In this document: in pieces, positions 26,481-38,267 of the stretch
Numbering within the stretch: position 1 is the stretch's first letter
Layout: each line of letters starts with the position of its first letter
Assembly (NCBI GenBank): GCA_038213465.1
Contig: JBBQTA010000007.1
Span: 75,488 to 139,487 of the forward strand
Direction of reading: 5' to 3'
From: Gemmatimonadales bacterium
Lineage (GTDB): Bacteria; Gemmatimonadota; Gemmatimonadetes; Gemmatimonadales; Gemmatimonadaceae
DNA length: 64,000 nt
Notes under the pieces: model-generated
What the model was told of the DNA's origin: nothing
The model's input: the letters and a program-made list of their open reading frames with translations, nothing else
The model's database searches: none
Program-made: the position numbers and the translations under genes

Positions 26481-28414
26481 CCGGCCGCCTGCAGCTCGAA
26501 CAGCTCGGCGTAGCGTCCGCGCTGCGACAAGAGCTCCTCGTGCGTTCCTGACGATTCCACGCGGCCGTTCTCGAGCACCAGAATGCGATCAGCCATACGC
26601 ACGCTGGAGAAGCGGTGCGAGATGAGCACCCCGGTCTTGCCTTCGCTCAACTCCTTGAAGCGCTGAAACACCTCGAACTCCGCCCGCGCATCGAGCGCGG
26701 CCGTCGGTTCATCGAGAATGAGCAACTGCGCCTCGCGCATATACGCGCGCGCGATCGCCACCTTCTGCCATTCACCGCCGGAGAGATCCACACCGGTGCG
26801 AAAGCGCTTGCCGATCTGCTGGTCGTAGCCGTTGGGCAACTTGGCAATCACCCCGCTGGCCAGACTGCGCTCCGCCGATGTCACGATCCGCTCTTGATCG
26901 TCGCGCGCGTCGATCCGTCCCACCGCGATATTCTCGCCCGCCGTCATGTTGTAGCGCACGAAGTCCTGAAAGATCACCCCAATATTGGCGCGCAGGTCGC
27001 CGAGCTCGTACTGGCGCAGGTCATGTCCATCCAGCAGGATGCGCCCCTCGACCGGATCGTACAGGCGAGCGAGCAGCTTCACGAGCGTCGTCTTGCCCGC
27101 ACCGTTCTCTCCGACCAGTGCCAGCACTTCGCCGGCACGCAGGGTGAAATCGAGATGTCGCACGGCCCAGCGCTCGGCCTCCGGATACTTGAAGCCGACG
27201 TTCTCGAACACGAGGCCCGACCGGATCGGCATCGGGAACGGTCGCGCGTTCGGTGGCGAGGTGATGCCGGGCGCAATGGTGAAGAACGAAAACAGGTCGT
27301 CGAGGTAGAGCGCCTGACTCGCCGTCTGCGTGAAGCCGATGAGCATCCCTTCAAACAGGCCGCGCAACCGCCGGAACGAGCCGGCGAGAAACGTCAGATC
27401 GCCGATCGTGAACTGTCCCGCCACGGTGCGCCAGACGATGACCGCATACGCCACGTAATAGCCGCCGGTGCCGAGCGCCGTGAGCACGCCGCCCCAGCCG
27501 GCGCGCTTGATCGCGAGACGGCGATTGGCCGCATAGAAATCGTTGGCCAACTGGCGATAGCGATCAATCAGAAACGCGTTGAGCCCGAAGATCTTCACTT
27601 CCTTCGCCGACTCCACACTCGCGCCGATCATGCGCACGTAATCCAGCTCCCGCCGGTCCGCAGTGCGCGAGTAGGCCAGCGCGTAGCTCTTCTCGTTGAA
27701 GTACGCCTCGCCAAGAAACGCTGGGATGAGCGCGACCAGCAGCAACGCAATGAGCCACGGCGCGATGACGACCATGCCCGCGGCGAAACTGGCAATCGTG
27801 ATCAGGTCCTGGACCTGACCGAACAGCTGACTCATGAGCGACATGCGCCCCGAGGCCTGACGGCGTGCACGCTCGAGTTTATCCTGCTGCTCGCTGTCTT
27901 CGAAATCCTCGAGATCGAGTGTAGCCGCATGCTCCATGAGGCGGATGCTCGTGGCATTTGAGAACTGCTCCGAGAGCAACGAATCGAACAGCGACACGAA
28001 GCGGCCGAGTACATCGGAGAGGACGGCCAGCCCAAACTCTGCCGCCAGCAGCCAGAGCATGCGATGCGAGGCCGCGTCGGCGATCCACTGGCGCGCGTCG
28101 AGCGACGCGTTCGCGACCGGCGCGTGCGCCATCACTTCGTCGATGATCAGCTTGCCCACGTACAGCGTGAGCACCGGCAGCACTGCACGCACCAGTCGCA
28201 GCAAGAGCGTGCCGATGGTCAGCGAGCGGCTGGTCTGCCAGATGAGGACCAGAAAGGGCGGAATGTTGCGGATCGCACCCAATCGCTCGCGCAGCGAACG
28301 CGTCGGCGGGGTGGAGCCGGGCCCAGTGCCTCTGCCGCTGCCACTGCCGCCGCCCCGTTCACCCCCGAAGCCACCGCCCAGCGACGGTCCACCCGATCTG
28401 TCGATTCGCGCCAT
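26471..28414 (-). CDS. Fused permease/ATPase ABC exporter (ABC-B type)
   Basis: Six-TM domain, then GENGAGKTT, LSGGEWQKVAIARA, LILDEPT, ISHRFS. Start uncertain (28414-28510). Confidence 0.92.
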   Translation of the reverse strand: MARIDRSGGPSLGGGFGGERGGGSGSGRGTGPGSTPPTRSLRERLGAIRNIPPFLVLIWQTSRSLTIGTLLLRLVRAVLPVLTLYVGKLIIDEVMAHAPVANASLDARQWIADAASHRMLWLLAAEFGLAVLSDVLGRFVSLFDSLLSEQFSNATSIRLMEHAATLDLEDFEDSEQQDKLERARRQASGRMSLMSQLFGQVQDLITIASFAAGMVVIAPWLIALLLVALIPAFLGEAYFNEKSYALAYSRTADRRELDYVRMIGASVESAKEVKIFGLNAFLIDRYRQLANDFYAANRRLAIKRAGWGGVLTALGTGGYYVAYAVIVWRTVAGQFTIGDLTFLAGSFRRLRGLFEGMLIGFTQTASQALYLDDLFSFFTIAPGITSPPNARPFPMPIRSGLVFENVGFKYPEAERWAVRHLDFTLRAGEVLALVGENGAGKTTLVKLLARLYDPVEGRILLDGHDLRQYELGDLRANIGVIFQDFVRYNMTAGENIAVGRIDARDDQERIVTSAERSLASGVIAKLPNGYDQQIGKRFRTGVDLSGGEWQKVAIARAYMREAQLLILDEPTAALDARAEFEVFQRFKELSEGKTGVLISHRFSSVRMADRILVLENGRVESSGTHEELLSQRGRYAELFELQAAGYR

Positions 28415-28537
28415 CTCCAACGCTACCGACTGGCGCCGTCTGCCACCACAGCAAGTTCCGGCGTTGCCATTACGTTGTGCCAACACACTACGGTGTACCA
28501 ACCCAGCCAAGACCTCCTTGAGCGGCTGCGCCCAGAC

Positions 28538-31298
<2,761 letters not shown>

Positions 31299-31571
31299 GA
31301 CGCGATCCGATCGGCATCCACCGCGGCGCGCATCCGTCGCGATAACTACGACTGGCGCGCCACAGTGCGTGACGTAACCACGCCGTCGCTCGTCTGTCCC
31401 GGTGCAGCAGATATCCTTCCGCGCTCCGTCACCGAAGGCATTGCAGGCCTGCTCCGGCACGCAACACTGCGGACGCTGGTGAACGTCGGGCACCATCCCT
31501 TCCGGGAGGCGCCTCGGTCGTTCTTCGCGCACGTGGAGACGCTGCTCGCGGAGCCACCACTTGACTCCTGA
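31299..31571 (+). pseudogene. C-terminal remnant of an alpha/beta hydrolase
   Basis: Frame opens directly after the pgm stop: ...NYDWRATVRDVTTPSLVCPGAADILP...GHHPFREAPRSFFAHVETLL (acid and His motifs). No GxSxG nucleophile or N-terminal half. Confidence 0.6.
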
Positions 31572-31580
31572 CACCAGACG

Positions 31581-32426
31581 ATGAAGGCCGCCGAATCAGT
31601 GCTCGCTGCATGTGTGGCCGGACTGGCCTGGTTCATCGGGAATCAGAGCATGGGCGCAAAGCGGGTCCCGCTGCACAACGAAGCGGCCGGACAGATCGCC
31701 TCGGCCAACCCACCCCGCAGCGCGAACCGCACCGATTCCGCACCAGCCTCCGCCTCAGCCTCACCCTTCGCGCAGGACGACGCGTTCGGTACCGCCGTGT
31801 CGGAGTTGGGCACGGTGGTCGAATCGTCGCCGTACCCCACCACGGCGCGCCCGCTCAACCCGCGTGAATTGCGCGCGCGTCTGATCAATGGCGCCGACGG
31901 CACCTACATCCACGATATCGTCAGCGCACGCGACTCGGCCATCTCCCGCTGGCCCGATCGTCTGTCACGGCCGTTGCGCATCTGGATCGAAGAAGCCGAG
32001 CGCGTGGACGGCTGGAATGCCGACTTCGTGTCTGCGGTGCGCGACGCGTTCGACAGCTGGGCGCAGGCGGGTGTGCCGGTGCACTTCACGTTTGTCGTGG
32101 ACTCGGGCACTGCCGATGTGCACGTCACCTTCGTCGATCGCTTCGCCAACGGCATCAGTGGCAAGACGGTATGGAGCCGAGACGCGGCGTGGTGGCTGGT
32201 CTCGAGTGAAATCCAGCTCGGGATTGTGCATCCAGGCGGCGGCAACGTATCCGCGCCACAGATGCGTGCGATCGCACTGCACGAAGTCGGACATCTGCTC
32301 GGCCTCGATCACTCGCGCGATCCCGACAACATCATGTCGGCGCGCATTCGCGTGCGCGATCTGACCGAAGCCGACCGCTCGACCGTGCGCCTGCTCTACT
32401 CGCTGCCCGCCGGCTCGCTCAAATAG
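31581..32426 (+). CDS. Matrixin (M10) family zinc metalloprotease
   Basis: HEVGHLLGLDH (HExxHxxGxxH), Met-turn NIMS, ADVHVTF, N-terminal signal/anchor. Confidence 0.88.
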   Translation: MKAAESVLAACVAGLAWFIGNQSMGAKRVPLHNEAAGQIASANPPRSANRTDSAPASASASPFAQDDAFGTAVSELGTVVESSPYPTTARPLNPRELRARLINGADGTYIHDIVSARDSAISRWPDRLSRPLRIWIEEAERVDGWNADFVSAVRDAFDSWAQAGVPVHFTFVVDSGTADVHVTFVDRFANGISGKTVWSRDAAWWLVSSEIQLGIVHPGGGNVSAPQMRAIALHEVGHLLGLDHSRDPDNIMSARIRVRDLTEADRSTVRLLYSLPAGSLK

Positions 32427-32535
32427 CCGTCCACCGCCGCAAGGCACGCCGACGCTGCCAGTGAGCTCGGGAGCAACGCTTCGGCAGATCGCTACTGCAT
32501 CGCTGCCACGTTTCTACCACGTCGCGACCACGAGT

Positions 32536-33903
32536 CTACCACCGCACGACGATCACGCGCGGCATCGCACCGCGCGCCATTACCGTGAGCCTGACCTCGC
32601 GCGTCCGCCCGGAGGAGAAAGCACGGCGCAACGGCGCCAGATCGCGCACCGGTGCGCCATTCACGGCGCGAATCACGTCGCCCGGACGCAATCCAGCATC
32701 GGCCGCCGGCGTACCGGCCGGCACCCGCAGCGCCAGCAAACCGGCTTCGAGCCCGAGCGTCTGCGCGAGTACCTCATCGACGACGGACAGTTGCGCGCCC
32801 GCGATCACGGCCATCCCCGTGCCGGCCAGCATGGCGCCCACCGCCGGCGTTGGCGACAACGGTGGCAGTCCCGGCGTTGAGAGCGTGGGCGGCGTAAGCG
32901 ACGTGAACGGCGTAAAGGAGAACTGTCCCACCGTCCGCTCGCAGACCTGGCCCGGCCCGCAACGCGTCAGCGTCAGCGAGCGCTCCGCGTTCGGACGTGC
33001 GCCCACCGTGACCGACAGATCGCGCGTCCGACTGCCGCGCCGCACACGCATGCGCACCGTCTGTCCCGGCACCAGCAGTTCGGCGTAATTCACTGCCTGC
33101 GTGCGCACATCGCGTCCGTTGTACGCCAGCACGGTGTCACCGGCAGTGAGTCCGCTCTGCTCGGCCGGGGAACCTGCATCCACCGCCTCAATGACCGGAT
33201 AGTCGCAATAGTTCGTCAGCGCACCTTCGGGGGACATGACGGTGATCTTGGATTCGGACAGATGCATGCCAAGCCATCCCGTGGGCATCGCCGTACGCGT
33301 CGGCATGTGCATTCGCGCCGCCTCCGAGAACGCGGCGATCTGCGGCTGCAGCGAACGGATCGCCACCTCGATGTCCGGCCCGATCCAGCGCAGTGCGCTA
33401 TCCAGCATCGGCGCGACGGCACGCAGACTCCCTTCCATGGTTTCGAACAGCGCCACGCCGGGGGGCAGCCGGCGCCCGGCGATCAGGCGCGGAATGCTGT
33501 CGCCACGCCGGATCGCGATCGCTTCGCCATCGCTCCCATCGGGATTCTTGTAGCGCACGATGATCTGCATCAGTGAATCCACACCCCGCTGCGCCTGTGA
33601 GATCCGGCGGATTTCCACGCTGCGATTGGAATCGGCGCGCTGCCCGATGAGGACGGCAGCGTCGTCGAGTTCTCGTTTGAATCGCAAGAGCGCGCGTCCT
33701 TCCGGGCCCTCGGTCAACAACGTCGGTGACGACGTCAACTCGGCGCACCGACTGGACGCGGTGCCTGTCGTGGTCGTGCCGCGGGTGCGCGTCTGTTGTG
33801 CCCCGGCGTTACCCAGCGCCACACCGGCGAATGCCAGTGCGACGATCGCGCCGTCGCGAACCATGAAACGAAAATTGTGACGAACCCCGGCAATCGGTCG
33901 CAT
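32536..33903 (-). CDS. Secreted protein with two PDZ domains
   Basis: Signal peptide (GNAGA-Q); PDZ1 GWLGMH...IEAVDAGSPAEQSGLTAGDTVLAYNG; PDZ2 VPAGTPAADAGLRPGDVIRAVNG. TGATG coupling to the upstream gene. Confidence 0.82.
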   Translation of the reverse strand: MRPIAGVRHNFRFMVRDGAIVALAFAGVALGNAGAQQTRTRGTTTTGTASSRCAELTSSPTLLTEGPEGRALLRFKRELDDAAVLIGQRADSNRSVEIRRISQAQRGVDSLMQIIVRYKNPDGSDGEAIAIRRGDSIPRLIAGRRLPPGVALFETMEGSLRAVAPMLDSALRWIGPDIEVAIRSLQPQIAAFSEAARMHMPTRTAMPTGWLGMHLSESKITVMSPEGALTNYCDYPVIEAVDAGSPAEQSGLTAGDTVLAYNGRDVRTQAVNYAELLVPGQTVRMRVRRGSRTRDLSVTVGARPNAERSLTLTRCGPGQVCERTVGQFSFTPFTSLTPPTLSTPGLPPLSPTPAVGAMLAGTGMAVIAGAQLSVVDEVLAQTLGLEAGLLALRVPAGTPAADAGLRPGDVIRAVNGAPVRDLAPLRRAFSSGRTREVRLTVMARGAMPRVIVVRW

Positions 33904-34742
33904 CAGTACCCTTCGATCGTCTTGTCGACCGGCAGGGCACCACTCAACTGCTGCAACGTGGCCTCACGCGCGTTGGATGCCGCCAGGTAGTAGTGATTCA
34001 GGACGGGGTCCTGCGGGGCCTCCCGCAAGGCCGCCCGGGACGCCGCCATCATCTGGTCGAGCGCCGCCAGCCGCGCCCGGTACACGTCCGACGAACGCAC
34101 CGTCGTGTCGTTCGCGGCGAGCCACAGCGACGCCCGCTCGTACTCGTACTGCGCGTTGTTCAACACCGCCGTGGCCTGCGACACCGAGGCGAACGTATCC
34201 TCGCCACCAAGCGATGCCGGTCGAATCGTCGCGGCGAAGCCCTCGCTGGACTCTCCGTCGCTCGTCACCACCGGCTGACCGAACGGCAGCAGGTTCGCGC
34301 CGGCCGACATTCGTCCACCGATGCCGCCGGCGAGCACCAGCGCTGCGGCCGCCGCCCCACGCAGCCAGACCGGCATCCCGCGCGAGGGCCTGTTGGCTTG
34401 CGCACGACGTGCCGCCGCCGTTGTCGTCTGCTCGCGTGCAATCCGTTCGCCGGTGCCATCGAGGGCGCGCACCACCAGCGGCGCCTCCGGTATCCGATGG
34501 TCCGACGCCGACGTCAGCATCCCGTCCGCGCGCAACACGACCGACAGCCGCTCCCAGTCGGTCAGGCGCGGTGCGTCGGCCGACGCCGTGCCGAACCCGT
34601 CGTGCGCGACCAATCGGGCCAGTGCGTCGAACGCGTCGCGCTCCGCGCGGCAGACAGCGCAGGCGCCCAGATGCGTGAGCTCCTCCGAGGTCGGCGGCTC
34701 GTGATCGAAGGCGGCGATTCGTTCAGTATCCAGGTGCTGCAT
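33903..34742 (-). CDS. Putative anti-sigma factor (zinc-finger N-terminus, single TM)
   Basis: MQHLDTERIAAF...THLGACAVC (ZAS-type HxxxCxxC); TM WLRGAAAAALVLAGGIGG; helical periplasmic C-domain (ALREAPQDPVLNHYYL). Directly downstream of the ECF sigma. Confidence 0.8.
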   Translation of the reverse strand: MQHLDTERIAAFDHEPPTSEELTHLGACAVCRAERDAFDALARLVAHDGFGTASADAPRLTDWERLSVVLRADGMLTSASDHRIPEAPLVVRALDGTGERIAREQTTTAAARRAQANRPSRGMPVWLRGAAAAALVLAGGIGGRMSAGANLLPFGQPVVTSDGESSEGFAATIRPASLGGEDTFASVSQATAVLNNAQYEYERASLWLAANDTTVRSSDVYRARLAALDQMMAASRAALREAPQDPVLNHYYLAASNAREATLQQLSGALPVDKTIEGY

Positions 34743-35310
34743 AGCTGCGTTCACTCGAGCCGGCGTGAGGTGCGTCAACAAGCGGGGCGAGGAGCCGGCG
34801 AAGCTTCGCGCGCGCCTTGAACAATTGCGACTTGGAACCACCGGGCGTGATCCCAAGTTCCGTGGCGATTTCTTGGTGCGTGTACCCTTCCACATCGTGC
34901 AACAGGAAGACCGTGCGCGCACCTGGCGACAGTTTTCCTGCGGCCTCGCTGATCGTGGCTGCCAGCATGCTCCGCTCGCCGTCTTGCTCGACCGACGCGG
35001 AATCCTCCTCGATGCCCGTTTCCGTCGCCGCGATCCGCTTCACACGTCGGAGGGCGTTCAGCGCGCGATTGATCGCCACGCGATGCACCCACGTGCTGAA
35101 CTTGGCGTCGCCCCGCCAAGACGGGAGGGCACGAAAGATCTGGATCCAGACCTCCTGCGCGATGTCCTCGGCAAGGTCTGCATCTCCGGCAAGTCGTCGG
35201 ACGACGGCGTCCACATGCGGTGAATGCTGGTTCCACAGCAGTCGCATGGCGCGCTCGTCACCTTCGATTGCCCGTCTGACTATTGCAGCGTCGGTCTCCA
35301 TGGGTTCCAT
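34723..35310 (-). CDS. ECF (RpoE-type) RNA polymerase sigma factor
   Basis: AEDIAQEVWIQIF; DAKFSTWVHRVAINRALN; LSPGARTVFLLHDVEGYTHQEIATELGITPGGSKSQLFKARAKLR. Confidence 0.93.
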   Translation of the reverse strand: MEPMETDAAIVRRAIEGDERAMRLLWNQHSPHVDAVVRRLAGDADLAEDIAQEVWIQIFRALPSWRGDAKFSTWVHRVAINRALNALRRVKRIAATETGIEEDSASVEQDGERSMLAATISEAAGKLSPGARTVFLLHDVEGYTHQEIATELGITPGGSKSQLFKARAKLRRLLAPLVDAPHAGSSERSYAAPGY

Positions 35311-35316
35311 CCAATC

Positions 35317-35344
35317 TGTCACCACCAGCGCGCCGAGGGTTTCC
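35317..35344 (-). promoter_or_regulatory. Candidate ECF-type autoregulatory promoter
   Basis: Minus strand reads GGAAAC-N16-GTGACA, which would place +1 at about 35310, the ATG of the sigma gene. Confidence 0.4.
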
Positions 35345-35522
35345 TGCGCCCCAGGGTGCCGCGCGGCTGACGCCCGGTGACATACAGGGCTGGTCGGAGC
35401 GGGCGTGCGCAGTTGCGTTCTGTCGGCAGGATCGTGGTTCTCGTGGATAAGGTGGCACCGAAGGCCCGATGACGGGTTCTGTGATAGAGCAAAAGCTTGA
35501 CGTGCTCTGTTGCTCGTCTTAA

Positions 35523-37088
35523 ATGCTCAGTAGGCCGTGCCGGCACTCATGCCTTCCCTACGCAGGTCATCCGACTGTGTTACTCGTCGCTGCCTTTGCA
35601 CTTGCCGTGGTGCTCCACACGTCAAACGGACTTCCCTCGGGAGAGCCCTCTGCCGTGGGCATGTCGGCAAGCCGGCTGTCCACGATCGATCGGGTCGTCC
35701 AGCGCGGCCTTGATGCTGGCGGCTATCCGGGCGCCTCGGTTGTGGTGGGGCGGAAGGGCTTCAGTGTCTGGTCGCGCGGCTTCGGCTCGCTCGACTGGGG
35801 CGGGAAGACCCGCGTCTCGTCGACCCAAAGCATCTACGATCTCGCCTCGCTGACCAAGGTCGTTGGCACGACTACGGCCATCATGGTCCTGTACGATCAG
35901 GGAAAGATCGAACTCGACGCCCCGGTCTCCCGCTACATCCCGACCTTCAGCGGCGGCAACAAGGATCTGGTCACGGTCCGCCACCTGCTCACCCACCGCG
36001 CGGGACTTCCCGCCGGCCGCGAGCTCTGGCGCATTGCCTCCACACCGGCGCAGGCGCGCGACGCGGTCATTGCCGCGCCCATCCAGTGCGCTCCCGGCAA
36101 CTGTTACGAGTACTCCGACCTCGGCGCCGACCTCCTTGGCTTTGTCGCCGAAGCCGCATCCGGCGTCACGCTTGATGTCTTCCTCCGTCGCAATGTGTTC
36201 GACAAGCTGGACATGTCCGACACACGTTTCCGGCTCGGTGCGGTGGACGTGGAGCGTACAGCGCCCACCGAAATCGCTCCGCCGCGCGGGTATCCGCTGC
36301 GTGGCGAGGTGCACGACGAAAACGCCTGGGCGCTGGGCGGCGTGGCCGGTCATGCGGGGCTTTTCAGCACGGCCGGCGACCTGTCCGTCTTTGCCCAGAT
36401 GCTGCTCGACGGCGGCACCTACAACGGCGTGCGCGTCGTGGCCGATTCCACCGTTGCGCTCTTCACCAAGCGGGCGGCAGGTCATCGCGCTCTCGGATGG
36501 GACACCTGCGCAGGCGGCGCCGGCTGCGGGCAATACCTGTCCGAGCGCGCCTACGGACACACCGGGTTCACCGGAACGTCGCTCTGGATCGACCCGGATC
36601 GGCATATGTTCGTCATCCTGCTGACCAATCGGGTGCATGCGGCGCGGGCCCGTCGCCCGTCCAAGGTCATCGCCGATGTGCGTAACGATCTGGCCGACGC
36701 CGCGGTCCTGGCGGTAATGGACGATCCGTCGGGCGTGTTGGCCATGCCCGCCAGCTTTCGTGCCGACAAGGCGACCGACTGGAACCGTCCGCTGCGCTCC
36801 AGCCGCGCCAGCAGTGCCGCAGCGCGCCGTCGTGCGTCCGCGGCAGCAAAGGCGCGCCGGGCCAAGGCGGCCAAGACGTCCACGACCAGGAAGTCCACCA
36901 CGGCCAAGGCGTCGGGCAAGACCTCGTCCAAGAGGAACGCCAAGGCCACACCGGCCAGGAAGGCCGTGTCCAAGGCCAGCGTCGCCAAAAAGACGACAGG
37001 CAAATCCGCCACCAGGAAGTCCGCGGCCAAGCCCACCAAGGCCAGTACTGCGGCCAAAAAGAAAAGCACAGCCAAAAAGTCGGGCTGA
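35523..37088 (+). CDS. Serine hydrolase (class C beta-lactamase/PBP-like) with a Lys/Ala/Ser/Thr-rich C-terminal tail
   Basis: SLTK (SxxK), LLTHRAG, YSDLG, GHAGLFST, HTGFTG; about 100 aa basic low-complexity tail. Confidence 0.9.
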   Translation: MLSRPCRHSCLPYAGHPTVLLVAAFALAVVLHTSNGLPSGEPSAVGMSASRLSTIDRVVQRGLDAGGYPGASVVVGRKGFSVWSRGFGSLDWGGKTRVSSTQSIYDLASLTKVVGTTTAIMVLYDQGKIELDAPVSRYIPTFSGGNKDLVTVRHLLTHRAGLPAGRELWRIASTPAQARDAVIAAPIQCAPGNCYEYSDLGADLLGFVAEAASGVTLDVFLRRNVFDKLDMSDTRFRLGAVDVERTAPTEIAPPRGYPLRGEVHDENAWALGGVAGHAGLFSTAGDLSVFAQMLLDGGTYNGVRVVADSTVALFTKRAAGHRALGWDTCAGGAGCGQYLSERAYGHTGFTGTSLWIDPDRHMFVILLTNRVHAARARRPSKVIADVRNDLADAAVLAVMDDPSGVLAMPASFRADKATDWNRPLRSSRASSAAARRRASAAAKARRAKAAKTSTTRKSTTAKASGKTSSKRNAKATPARKAVSKASVAKKTTGKSATRKSAAKPTKASTAAKKKSTAKKSG

Positions 37089-37093
37089 ATCCC

Positions 37094-37114
37094 GGCGATT
37101 GCTGTCGCCTTTTT
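37094..37114 (+). terminator. Probable intrinsic terminator
   Basis: GGCGAT-tgct-GTCGCC hairpin followed by TTTTT, 5 nt after the stop of the serine hydrolase gene. Confidence 0.55.
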
Positions 37115-37149
37115 CGGCCACGCGCTACCTTTCGGTCATGGAGGAGCTC

Positions 37150-37554
37150 ATGACCGACGACACACTGGCCGCCACGGATGCCCTGACAGAGGCACCGGCG
37201 CCTGCAGCGACCGAGAGCGACGCCGCCGAATCCAGCGCCGCGCCGTCCGAAGGTGGACCGATTTCACCCGACCAGGCCAAACTCGTCCTGCGTCGCGTGA
37301 AGGACCCCGAGCTCAATCTGAACATCGTTGATCTCGGACTGATCTACGAAGTCACCGTCGAAGACACGGTGATCAAGATCGACATGAGTCTGACGTCGCC
37401 AGGCTGCCCCTCTGGCCCCGAGATCATGGGCGAAGCCGAGCAGCAGTTGCGCACCATTCCTGGCGTCACCGACGTGGTGATGAACCTGATCTGGTCGCCG
37501 CCATGGACCCCCGAACGCATCGAGCCACGCGTGCGCGCGTACATGGGCTTCTAG
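37150..37554 (+). CDS. DUF59/SufT-like Fe-S cluster assembly protein
   Basis: GAGGAG before ATG 37150; LRRVKDPELNLNIVDLGLIYEV; MSLTSPGCP; WSPPWTPERI. Confidence 0.9.
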   Translation: MTDDTLAATDALTEAPAPAATESDAAESSAAPSEGGPISPDQAKLVLRRVKDPELNLNIVDLGLIYEVTVEDTVIKIDMSLTSPGCPSGPEIMGEAEQQLRTIPGVTDVVMNLIWSPPWTPERIEPRVRAYMGF

Positions 37555-37580
37555 TCGGCAGCACGCGGGCACTTGAGGCA

Positions 37581-37629
37581 ACTTTGTACTGAAAAGTACT
37601 TGACAGCAGGACGCCCTCCCGTGGATACT
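37581..37629 (+). promoter_or_regulatory. Sigma70-type promoter with an upstream inverted repeat
   Basis: TTGACA at 37600-37605, 18-nt spacer, GATACT at 37624-37629, ATG at 37635. ACTTT-N7-AAAGT inverted repeat at 37581-37597, in an AT-rich patch. Confidence 0.65.
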
Positions 37630-37634
37630 GCAGC

Positions 37635-38267
37635 ATGGCCGCTCCCCGACCCGATCCGCCCGCCATCCACGATCGCGCCCTGCAGGACCTGTCGTTCATC
37701 CGGCGGACCATGGAAGGCGCGGCCGCGTTCACCGATGTGCCGGGGTGGGGGCTGGTCGGACTCGGCGTCACGGCACTGGTGGCCGCACCGATCGCCGATC
37801 GGCAGCCGAGCGCGGAACGGTGGCTCTTGGTCTGGCTCCTCGCCGCAGTCGTCGGCGCATCGATCGGCAGTGGAACGATGCTGCACAAGATGCGACGCCG
37901 GGTCGGCAACGGCGGCGCTGTCCTGCTCAACGTGCCCGCGCGAAAATTTCTCTTCGGGTTGTGGCCCGGCATCCTTGTCGGCGCGCTGCTGACGATCGCG
38001 CTGGTCGATCCGTACACATCGGGGATCGAGCTGCGTCTCATGACGTGTGTGCTGCCGGGACTCTGGCTCCTGCTCTACGGGATGGGCGTGGCCACCGCGG
38101 GGACGGTCTCTATTCGCGCCGTGCCGCTGATGGGCATCGGCTTCATCGCACTCGGCGTCATCGCACTCTTTCTTCTCGCGGCTGATGGTGACTTGATGAT
38201 GGCACTCGGCTTCGGACTCCTGCACATCGTGTTCGGTGTGCGTATCGCCCGGAGGCATGGTGGGTAA
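37635..38267 (+). CDS. Hypothetical multi-TM membrane protein
   Basis: ALQDLSFIRRTME N-terminal motif and about six hydrophobic helices. Overlaps the downstream regulator. Confidence 0.8.
   Translation: MAAPRPDPPAIHDRALQDLSFIRRTMEGAAAFTDVPGWGLVGLGVTALVAAPIADRQPSAERWLLVWLLAAVVGASIGSGTMLHKMRRRVGNGGAVLLNVPARKFLFGLWPGILVGALLTIALVDPYTSGIELRLMTCVLPGLWLLLYGMGVATAGTVSIRAVPLMGIGFIALGVIALFLLAADGDLMMALGFGLLHIVFGVRIARRHGG

Noticed and set aside
35486-35508. AGAGCA-N11-TGCTCT inverted repeat around a TTGACG hexamer upstream of the serine hydrolase
   Set aside because: The arms are only 6 bp and there is no convincing -10 at the correct spacing; it could be chance.
35523-37088. Calling this gene an ampC antibiotic-resistance gene
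   Set aside because: The SxxK fold is shared by esterases, amidases and PBPs. The YSD and HTG variants and the context give no specific support for beta-lactamase activity.
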